Source: an uncultured Candidatus Saccharibacteria bacterium
GTDB lineage: Bacteria > Patescibacteriota > Minisyncoccia > Phycocordibacterales > UBA5272
Length of the DNA stretch: 26,591 bases
NCBI GenBank assembly: GCA_964516655.1
Contig: CAZEXZ010000001.1
Location: 1-26,591, forward strand
Direction of reading: 5' to 3'
Shown: positions 17,669-25,424 of the stretch, piece after piece
How positions within the stretch are numbered: the first letter of the stretch is position 1
Layout of the letters: each line of letters starts with the position of its first letter
Made by a program: the position numbers and the translations under genes
Notes under the pieces: generated by a model
Told to the model about the DNA's origin: nothing
Database searches by the model: none
The model's input: only the letters and a program-made list of their open reading frames with translations

Positions 17669-18520
17669 CTATAAATACTTGCTAACCGCATGAAGAAAAA
17701 ATCCAGGGCCAGTGGTGTTGGGTATCAAGCCATACTCAAATGAATAATTACTTTCTTTCAAAAAAAGTGGGAGATTGTAGTGTATATCGTTACTTTCATG
17801 GGAGAGAATTTTTTCTTTACTGTCTGCATACAAGACTGGGTCAACTGGTGTGTAATAGTACCAAATAATATATTCAACTTTTTTAGAGAGTAACATTTCA
17901 AGCTCATCTTGTTTCATAAAATTAATAACTCCATTACAAATAAGTATTGTATTTTTTTCAAATGTCTGAACATAAGAGTCGAGGTTATTTACATTATCCC
18001 AAACAACATCATTATAAAGTAATGAGTTATACTCCATTACTTCCTCCCTAATATCTAGCCCAGTTACATGTAAGTTAGGAAATTCTTTTGCACATGCACG
18101 AGCTAATACACCTGCTCCACATCCAAAATCAATTACCGAAACTATTTTTGGTGATTCTTTAAGAATTTTTTTCAGACTCTTAAAAGTATACGAGTAATTA
18201 TTTTTAAAAATAAAATCAGAAAAATAAGAGTGTGCGATTGAGAATTTTAAGTCTAGAACATAGCCAGCAACCCCTTCATATGAGGGTAGCGTATAGTTAT
18301 TAGACATTTTAATAAAGATTTTATCTAAAACATAAAATAATAACCTTCGTAATGGCACGTAACCTTTTGTCTTTAAGAAAAGGTACCTTCTACCTTCTTT
18401 TGTCTTTAATTTATTTTGCAAAAAATAATATACAAACGGATAAAATGGTAACTCAATAAGAAGGAGTGCTTTATCTAAAAATTTTTGTATTTTTTCTTTT
18501 AATTTCTTACTATTATCCAT
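17669..18520 (-). CDS. class I SAM-dependent methyltransferase
   Basis: VIDFGCGAGVLA, VTGLDI, LICNGVINFM; hydrophobic/basic N-terminal extension. Confidence 0.78.
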   Translation of the reverse strand: MDNSKKLKEKIQKFLDKALLLIELPFYPFVYYFLQNKLKTKEGRRYLFLKTKGYVPLRRLLFYVLDKIFIKMSNNYTLPSYEGVAGYVLDLKFSIAHSYFSDFIFKNNYSYTFKSLKKILKESPKIVSVIDFGCGAGVLARACAKEFPNLHVTGLDIREEVMEYNSLLYNDVVWDNVNNLDSYVQTFEKNTILICNGVINFMKQDELEMLLSKKVEYIIWYYYTPVDPVLYADSKEKILSHESNDIHYNLPLFLKESNYSFEYGLIPNTTGPGFFLHAVSKYL

Positions 18521-18557
18521 AACTTATTTAATACTGATAAAGAAAAGTATTCTGTGC

Positions 18558-18566
18558 AGTATACCA
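18558..18566 (-). promoter_or_regulatory. putative extended -10 element (TGGTATACT)
   Basis: 37 nt upstream of the ATG at 18520. Confidence 0.5.
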
Positions 18567-18612
18567 TGTTAACCTTAATAAAAAGGTACTGAATTGAACG
18601 ATATAGACTCTC

Positions 18613-18641
18613 TTGTATTTTTACCTAAATATTAGTATTCT
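18613..18641 (+). promoter_or_regulatory. putative sigma70 promoter TTGTAT-17-TATTCT, leaderless geometry
   Basis: -35 at 18613-18618, -10 at 18636-18641, 6 nt before ATG 18648. Confidence 0.45.
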
Positions 18642-18647
18642 AGAAAG

Positions 18648-19568
18648 ATGCTACAAAATAAAGCAAAAACAAAAATTCTCATAACCGGAGGACTCGGATT
18701 TATTTTTTCTCACGTAACGGAATATTTTGTTAAAAAGGGATGGGATGTAGTCGTTTTAGATAACGAATCAGAAGGGTCACATCCAGAAATTATTGACTCG
18801 ACTTTTACATATCACAAAATAGACGTTTCTAAACCTGAGGTAATTCAACTGATTATTAACGAAAACCCAGACTATGTTGTACATGCAGCAGCAATATCTG
18901 ATGTCGACTATTCCATACGAGAGTCACACAAGACTATGGTTAGTAACGTTATGGGGAACATTAACATTTTTGAGGCTTGTAAAAGTATTCCTAACCTGAA
19001 GAAATTCATTTATGTTTCGACTGATGAAGTGTACGGTGAATGTGAGAACAGAAAAAATGAATCCGAAATACTTTTCCCAAAAAACCCATACGCTTGCTCA
19101 AAAGCGGTTGGTTCGATTATGCGCTATGCATATGACAATAGTTGTATCGAACTTCGAGATAAAACTGCTGAGACTCGTTTTTGTAATGTGTTTGGGCCAC
19201 GACAAGATAAACGAAAAATATTTCCTGCAATCAAAGAAAGCTTAGAAGGTAATTACTCAATACCACTGCACCAAGGAGGCAAAGGTTACCGAGAGTATAT
19301 TTATGTGAAGAACATTCCTCCAGTAATCGATCTTATTTTGGAAAAAGGTGACAGAACATATAACCTTACATTAAATGATGGGTATACGGTCCAAGAAATA
19401 ATCGCACTTTCTGAAAAGGTAACCGGTAAAAAATGCCTGACACACCCAAGTCACCGTGAGGGCATGGATCTAAAGTATCAGATGGATGCTAGCCGTATAC
19501 GTGAATTAGGATGGAAACCACTTTATACATTTGAAGAAGGCCTACAAGAATATCTATGCAAAAAATAA
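18648..19568 (+). CDS. NDP-sugar 4,6-dehydratase (RmlB-like extended SDR)
   Basis: ITGGLGFIFSH, HAAAISDVDYSI, YVSTDEVYGE (dehydratase T-D-E), NPYACSK (YxxxK), CNVFGPRQ. Confidence 0.82.
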   Translation: MLQNKAKTKILITGGLGFIFSHVTEYFVKKGWDVVVLDNESEGSHPEIIDSTFTYHKIDVSKPEVIQLIINENPDYVVHAAAISDVDYSIRESHKTMVSNVMGNINIFEACKSIPNLKKFIYVSTDEVYGECENRKNESEILFPKNPYACSKAVGSIMRYAYDNSCIELRDKTAETRFCNVFGPRQDKRKIFPAIKESLEGNYSIPLHQGGKGYREYIYVKNIPPVIDLILEKGDRTYNLTLNDGYTVQEIIALSEKVTGKKCLTHPSHREGMDLKYQMDASRIRELGWKPLYTFEEGLQEYLCKK

Positions 19569-20581
19569 AACTATTTAAACCTTATGTTTCGAAAAAAGCA
19601 ATTAGTAACGTTATTGAAGTCTTAAACGGGACACAGCTAGCGGAAGGGCCAAAAGTTAAAGAGTTTGAACAAAAGTTTGGTGAAAAATTTGGACTTAAAC
19701 ATGTAGCTGCTGTTAATTCTGGAACAGCAGCACTTGAACTTGCATATGAAATAGCTGGCATTAACGAAGGAGATGAAGTCATAACCCCTGTTCTTACGTG
19801 TACTGCTACAAATATTCCCCTCATTCACCGTAGAGCAAAAATTATTTTTGCTGACACTGACAAAGATCTTAATGTGAGTATAGATGATGTCAAGCAAAAA
19901 ATAACTCCTAAAACAAAAGCAATTGTTTTTGTTCATTTCGGAGGAAATAATAGAGGATTAAAAGAGCTCCTATCTCTTTGCAAGAAGCATAAAATTATCT
20001 TAATAGAAGATGCAGCGCAAGCGGTTGGAAGTGACTACTGGGGGAAGGCTGACTTTACTTGTGTGTCTTTGCAAGCAATTAAAACATTAACAAGTGGTGA
20101 TGGCGGTTTTATTATCTGTAAAAAGAAGGAAGACCATCAAAAAGCAAAAAGATTACGATGGTTCGGATATGACAGAGAAGAAAAGCAAAAGCTTGGAGAC
20201 ACCGACTTAAAGGAGGCTGGCTACAAATACCACATGAATGATATTTCTGCTGCAATTGGGCTAGGTAACTTGGAAGTTGTTGACAAGCTTATTTCACACA
20301 GAAAAAAACTAATGAAAGTGTATGGTGATGCTGGCTTTATAGTTGGAATTTGGATGACTGCAGTACTAAAAAACTATAAGGCATTAAGGCCGAAACTTGA
20401 GGAACATGGCTATGAAATTGGCCAGCATCATTATAGAAATGATAAGTACACACTTTTTAAAGGAAATTATACTCTTCCGATGATGGATAAGATTGAACAA
20501 GATTATTTCTTTGTTCCAATGCATCACGATGTATCCATTGCTGATGCAAAAAAAATAGTTAAGTTAATTAATGAAAAATAA
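19556..20581 (+). CDS. DegT/DnrJ/EryC1/StrS family PLP-dependent sugar aminotransferase
   Basis: AVNSGTAAL, GDEVITP, IEDAAQAVG, SLQAIKTLTSGDGG (PLP lysine), GYKYHMNDISAAIG; 13 nt overlap with the dehydratase. Confidence 0.9.
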   Translation: MQKIKLFKPYVSKKAISNVIEVLNGTQLAEGPKVKEFEQKFGEKFGLKHVAAVNSGTAALELAYEIAGINEGDEVITPVLTCTATNIPLIHRRAKIIFADTDKDLNVSIDDVKQKITPKTKAIVFVHFGGNNRGLKELLSLCKKHKIILIEDAAQAVGSDYWGKADFTCVSLQAIKTLTSGDGGFIICKKKEDHQKAKRLRWFGYDREEKQKLGDTDLKEAGYKYHMNDISAAIGLGNLEVVDKLISHRKKLMKVYGDAGFIVGIWMTAVLKNYKALRPKLEEHGYEIGQHHYRNDKYTLFKGNYTLPMMDKIEQDYFFVPMHHDVSIADAKKIVKLINEK

Positions 20582-20616
20582 TTAGAACCAGATTATAGAA
20601 AAAAACTATAGTTTAC

Positions 20617-21555
20617 ATGCTACACTTACAATCTATGACAAGGCATGAAAGAGATAGTCTTACACAAAAAATCTTAAAGAGGCAAGAACTGTACGAACTT
20701 CAAAGTAGTAGAATTAAAAGACTACTAAAGGACCCGCTACGAACTTTTACATATTATGTAATGCAGTTTATGGCATACCAGAGACCGTATAAGGTAAATT
20801 ACACAACATTATGGGGAGATAAAATGAAATTCTACCTCCCAGAAGGAGGGGCACTTTACTATTACGATTTCTTTGAAGCGAATGTAACTAATTTTTTACT
20901 ACATTTTCTTAAAGAGGGTGACGTATTTTTTGATATCGGAGCTCACGTTGGCTACTACTCTATGCTTGCTAGTTCTCTGGTTGGAGACACAGGTAAAGTT
21001 ATTAGTTTTGAACCTACCCCTCGTACTTTTGAAAGTTTAGCTGAAAATGCAAAAATAAAAAAAAATATAGAAGTTTATAATAATGCTGTATTAGATAAAG
21101 AGACAGAGATTGAATTCTTTGATTATGGGCCAAAATTCAGCGCTTTCAACTCGTTTAAAAAAAGAACTAGTGACGACATATATTTCAAGGAAAGTGCTGA
21201 AAAAATTAAAGTTAAAACAGTTGCTATCGATTCTTTTTGTTTTGAAAAAAACCTAAAGCCTACAATAATAAAAATAGACGCTGAAGGCTCTGAGTATCTT
21301 ATACTTGGGGCAATGTCTAAAGTTCTCGATACTGCTTTCCCGCTCGTCACACTTGAAGTCACAGGTGGCGATGAATGGAAGGATAACTGTATGAAATCAA
21401 TAAAAATACTCACCGATAAAAACTATGACTGTTACGAGATTTCACTAGATGGATATCTAAAAAAGCACACTATCAAGGAAGTCTACACCTACGACAATCT
21501 TCTATTTGTTCACCCAACAAAAAATGACCGTATTATGTCATTACTTAAAAACTAA
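20617..21555 (+). CDS. FkbM-family methyltransferase
   Basis: FFDIGAHVGYYS, ISFEPTP, IKIDAEGSEYLIL.A. Confidence 0.9.
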   Translation: MLHLQSMTRHERDSLTQKILKRQELYELQSSRIKRLLKDPLRTFTYYVMQFMAYQRPYKVNYTTLWGDKMKFYLPEGGALYYYDFFEANVTNFLLHFLKEGDVFFDIGAHVGYYSMLASSLVGDTGKVISFEPTPRTFESLAENAKIKKNIEVYNNAVLDKETEIEFFDYGPKFSAFNSFKKRTSDDIYFKESAEKIKVKTVAIDSFCFEKNLKPTIIKIDAEGSEYLILGAMSKVLDTAFPLVTLEVTGGDEWKDNCMKSIKILTDKNYDCYEISLDGYLKKHTIKEVYTYDNLLFVHPTKNDRIMSLLKN

Positions 21556-22448
21556 GAGAGGGAGTTTTTAAAATCAGCAATATGATCCCTTAGACTGTTC
21601 TTAGCCTTCCATCCGAACTCATGTTTTGCTCGTGAGACATCAACATATGCTTGCATTCTATTTCCTTTTCGTTCCGGGAGCATAATTACTTCCCCGCCAA
21701 ACATTTCTGCAATTTCATTTATTGTAAAAGCTTCTTCAGAACCAAGGCCATACCCATCACCCTCCCCACTTTCACCTACAGAAATTAGTCCGTCGACAAT
21801 ATCACTAATGTGGGTAAAATTTCTTAATTGTGTCCCAGGAGAAACAACAGTTAGAGGTTCTTTTGCCTTTACTTTTTCTTTAAAAATACCGACTAGAGTT
21901 GCATACTTCCCTTCTGTAATTTCACGGTGACCATACACATTATAAAAATAGGTAATTGCATATTTTAAGTCATACCAGTTCCCATAATTGATAACGAGTT
22001 CTGTATTAGTCGCTTTAGTCCACGCATACGGGCTCTGGTCACGCCCTAGACCGCCGTCTGCAAACTTTGTGCTTGAACCAGCGTATACAAGTTTAGCGCC
22101 ATTTTTTCGGCAAAACTCAAGAACTGCGAATGTTCCGATCTTATTGAAATCAAATACAGTTGTAACATCTTCGAAACTACTTTCAACTCTCGAATACTCC
22201 CCTAAATGAAATACGAGATTTGGTTTTACTGAAATGAGACTTTCGATATCTTTTGTGTGACCTTCAATATAGGTAACACCTTCAATATGATTGGCAACTT
22301 TACCTGTAAAGTAATTATCGAGTGAATAAACACGGTAATTCGGATATTTTTTTATTAGATTTTCAACTAAATGAGAACCAATAAAACCAGCACCTCCAGT
22401 GACTACAATTGTTTTTCCATCCTCTTCTTCGTTCAGAATATTTAGCAT
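21552..22448 (-). CDS. NAD-dependent epimerase/dehydratase (extended SDR)
   Basis: VVTGGAGFIGSHL, LDNYFTG, YAGSS, SPYAWTK (YxxxK), YNVYG, RNFTHISDIV. Confidence 0.88.
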   Translation of the reverse strand: MLNILNEEEDGKTIVVTGGAGFIGSHLVENLIKKYPNYRVYSLDNYFTGKVANHIEGVTYIEGHTKDIESLISVKPNLVFHLGEYSRVESSFEDVTTVFDFNKIGTFAVLEFCRKNGAKLVYAGSSTKFADGGLGRDQSPYAWTKATNTELVINYGNWYDLKYAITYFYNVYGHREITEGKYATLVGIFKEKVKAKEPLTVVSPGTQLRNFTHISDIVDGLISVGESGEGDGYGLGSEEAFTINEIAEMFGGEVIMLPERKGNRMQAYVDVSRAKHEFGWKAKNSLRDHIADFKNSLS

Positions 22449-22456
22449 ATCTTGTC

Positions 22457-22462
22457 AGTATA
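22457..22462 (-). promoter_or_regulatory. putative -10 element (TATACT), near-leaderless
   Basis: 8 nt upstream of the ATG at 22448. Confidence 0.4.
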
Positions 22463-22495
22463 TCGTACATTTAATTTAAATTCACACTTCCTTTG

Positions 22496-23293
22496 TTAAA
22501 CTCGTATCCAACCAACAGGCACAGTATCTCTATCTGCTCTACACCAGAATCTTGATTTAAACCACCTTTTTGGGGCGATAACTTTCTTATCCTCAAAAGG
22601 TGAAAGCCAAGCACCCCACCAAGAAAATGTACTATTAGCTATAATAAAATTTTTCGCCTTAGACATTAACATCATTTCTTCAAAATCGGTAAGTCCCTGC
22701 CCGCTTACTGCAACAACATTTCTTTTAAGAACACCTGAGAGCCACACAATATCATCTGAGAAAGCAAAAATAGTTGCATCTTTATCAAAGTACGTAAGCG
22801 CTTTCTCATAATACGAAGCATCAAGATTAACAAATCCAGAACCCACGAAATCTCCTCTTCTAGCATGCACAACAACCGCATTCTTATCTTCCGATATTTT
22901 CTTTTCCCACTCTTGATAAAGCACACTAGGCTCGCGCAATTTAATTTCTTCTAGAAGAATACTTCTGATATTTGAAAAATATTTTTCACTTGTATAATAT
23001 CCATCAGCCCTATAATTATCTACTGGCTGGCTGACATACCTCACCCGCCTATCTACATCGAGTTTGTTAATAACTCTTGTTACCCATTTTTGTTTTGGGG
23101 ATGAGTTAACTGTTTTAATAACATCACGAATCAAAAAATTATCTAAGAGGTACGTTCGTTTGGTATATTTTTTGTTTTCGTCAAAAAAACTGATGTCGTA
23201 AACAACATCTTTACCTTTTTCTGTCAAAGACCTGCCATATGCATACTGAAATAACTGATTTCCTAACCCTCCCTGAAGCACGACAGTTATCAT
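22496..23293 (-). CDS. alpha-1,2-fucosyltransferase (GT11), second copy
   Basis: MITVVLQGGLGNQLFQYA, VHARRGDFV, LMSKAKNFIIANSTFSWWGAWL. Start moved from TTG 23347 to ATG 23293. Confidence 0.9.
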   Translation of the reverse strand: MITVVLQGGLGNQLFQYAYGRSLTEKGKDVVYDISFFDENKKYTKRTYLLDNFLIRDVIKTVNSSPKQKWVTRVINKLDVDRRVRYVSQPVDNYRADGYYTSEKYFSNIRSILLEEIKLREPSVLYQEWEKKISEDKNAVVVHARRGDFVGSGFVNLDASYYEKALTYFDKDATIFAFSDDIVWLSGVLKRNVVAVSGQGLTDFEEMMLMSKAKNFIIANSTFSWWGAWLSPFEDKKVIAPKRWFKSRFWCRADRDTVPVGWIRV

Positions 23294-23303
23294 AATAGAA
23301 TCA

Positions 23304-23309
23304 AGTATA
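23304..23309 (-). promoter_or_regulatory. putative -10 element (TATACT)
   Basis: 10 nt upstream of the ATG at 23293. Confidence 0.42.
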
Positions 23310-23376
23310 CCTAAATATAGGGCTTCATGCACATACAATAAGTTCAAAAAATTAAGTTTTATCTATTCCACTCTAA

Positions 23377-23385
23377 TGATATACT
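23377..23385 (+). promoter_or_regulatory. putative extended -10 element (TGATATACT)
   Basis: 15 nt upstream of the gmd ATG at 23401. Confidence 0.5.
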
Positions 23386-23400
23386 TGTAACATAAACCTT

Positions 23401-24468
23401 ATGAAAAAAGCACTTATTACTGGAATTACTGGGCAAGATGGTGCGTACCTTGCGGAATTTTTACTAGAAAAAGGATACGAAGTTCATGGCATCAAAAGAA
23501 GAACTTCACTTTTTAATACAGCACGTATCGATCATCTCTATACGGACAAGCACAATAACCCAAAATTATTTTTGCATTTTGGTGATCTTACAGATGCAAC
23601 GAGTCTCATTAGAATAATTGGGGAGGTGCGACCAGACGAAATATATAACCTTGCCGCACAATCTCACGTAAAGGTTTCATTTGAAAATCCAGAATATACA
23701 GCAGATGTCGACGCAATGGGAGTACTACGACTACTTGAAGCAATTAGAATTTGTGGACTTGAAAAAACAACAAAATTTTACCAAGCATCATCATCTGAAA
23801 TGTTTGGAAAAGTTCAGGAAACACCGCAAAGTGAAATTACACCTTTTTACCCACGAAGCCCGTATGGTGTTGCAAAACTGTTTGGGTACTGGATAGTAAG
23901 AAATTATCGTGAGAGTTATAACATGTTTGCATCAAACGGAATCCTTTTTAATCATGAAAGCCCACACAGAGGTGAAACATTCGTAACACGAAAAATAACA
24001 CGTGCTGTTGCTCGTATTCATCACGGATTAGAAGAAGTCCTCTACCTTGGAAATCTTGATGCGAAACGTGACTGGGGACATGCAAAGGATTACATAGAAG
24101 CTATGTGGAAAATCCTCCAACATGACAAACCTGATGATTTTGTTATAGCAACAGGTGAGCAACACAGTGTTCGTGATTTTGTTACGTGGGCATTTGAGCA
24201 TACTGGCAGAAAAATTGAATGGAAAAATAAGGGATTAGAAGAAATTGGAGTAGAAAAGGAAACTGGTGTAATTCGAATCAGAATAGATATCGAGCATCAT
24301 CGACCTGCAGAAGTTGAGACACTTTTAGGAGAAGCGGAAAAAGCTAGAAAAGAGCTTGGGTGGGAATTGAAAAAGTCGACCAAGGATCTTCTGAAGGAGA
24401 TGATGGACCACGATCTTATTTTAGCTGAAAGAGAAAAACACTTACTAAAAGGTGGGTATAAAATTTAA
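23401..24468 (+). CDS. gmd: GDP-mannose 4,6-dehydratase
   Basis: [86 protein letters not shown]. Confidence 0.97.
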   Translation: MKKALITGITGQDGAYLAEFLLEKGYEVHGIKRRTSLFNTARIDHLYTDKHNNPKLFLHFGDLTDATSLIRIIGEVRPDEIYNLAAQSHVKVSFENPEYTADVDAMGVLRLLEAIRICGLEKTTKFYQASSSEMFGKVQETPQSEITPFYPRSPYGVAKLFGYWIVRNYRESYNMFASNGILFNHESPHRGETFVTRKITRAVARIHHGLEEVLYLGNLDAKRDWGHAKDYIEAMWKILQHDKPDDFVIATGEQHSVRDFVTWAFEHTGRKIEWKNKGLEEIGVEKETGVIRIRIDIEHHRPAEVETLLGEAEKARKELGWELKKSTKDLLKEMMDHDLILAEREKHLLKGGYKI

Positions 24469-24475
24469 TTTTGCC

Positions 24476-25423
24476 ATGAAAAAAGATTCACTCATTTTTG
24501 TTGCTGGTCACACTGGAATGGTTGGAAGTGCACTTGTTCGAAATCTACAAGAGAATGGTTACACAAACATAGTAGTAAAAACCAGAAAAGAATTAGATCA
24601 TCTTAACCAACAGCAAGTTCTTGAGTTCTTCGCGAATCATTCCCCTGAGTATGTTTTTATAGCATCAGCAAAAGTTGGTGGGATTATTGCAAATAAAACC
24701 TATCCAGCAGATTTTATTTTCCAGAACCTTACAAGTATTACAAATCTTATCCACGCAGCCCATGTTCACAAAGTAAAGAAACTGCTTTTTTTAGGTTCAT
24801 CATGTATCTACCCAAAGTTTGCAGAGCAGCCAATGCATGAAAGTGTTCTTCTTACTGGACCACTAGAACCGACAAATGAAATGTATGCAATTGCAAAGAT
24901 TGCTGGAATAAAAATGTGCGAAGCATATCGTACACAGTATGGCGATGATTTTATTTCAGTTATGCCAACTAATCTTTATGGACCAAAAGATAGCTATGGT
25001 CTACAAAACTCACACGTAATCCCAGGAATGATTAGAAAATTTCATGAAGCCAAAGAGTCTAACTCACCTTCTGTGACACTATGGGGCACAGGGTCACCGA
25101 TGCGGGAATTCTTGTATGTTGATGACTTAGCGGACGCTTGTAGACACCTCATGGAGACATATAGTGACAAGGAGCATGTAAACATAGGAACAGGTACTGA
25201 CGTAACCATTAAAGAATTAGCTGCTCTTATACAGGAAATTGTTGGTTATAATGGCACAATCATTTACGACACAACAAAGCCAGATGGTACACCAAGGAAA
25301 CTTCTAAATGTAAAAAAACTTAATGACCTTGGGTGGAAACATTCAGTGTCGCTAAAAGATGGTTTACGAAAAACATACGAATCTTTCTTAGCTGAAAAAA
25401 ATTCTAAAACTCTCAGGGAGTAA
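24476..25423 (+). CDS. fcl: GDP-L-fucose synthase
   Basis: [75 protein letters not shown]. Start moved to ATG 24476. Confidence 0.96.
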   Translation: MKKDSLIFVAGHTGMVGSALVRNLQENGYTNIVVKTRKELDHLNQQQVLEFFANHSPEYVFIASAKVGGIIANKTYPADFIFQNLTSITNLIHAAHVHKVKKLLFLGSSCIYPKFAEQPMHESVLLTGPLEPTNEMYAIAKIAGIKMCEAYRTQYGDDFISVMPTNLYGPKDSYGLQNSHVIPGMIRKFHEAKESNSPSVTLWGTGSPMREFLYVDDLADACRHLMETYSDKEHVNIGTGTDVTIKELAALIQEIVGYNGTIIYDTTKPDGTPRKLLNVKKLNDLGWKHSVSLKDGLRKTYESFLAEKNSKTLRE

Positions 25424-25424
25424 C

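Noticed and set aside
2095-20555. A/T homopolymer runs of 7-8 nt (e.g. about 2095, 14941, 20548) as phase-variation tracts
   Set aside because: Length is unremarkable at this AT content, all host genes are in frame, and there are no poly-G/C tracts.
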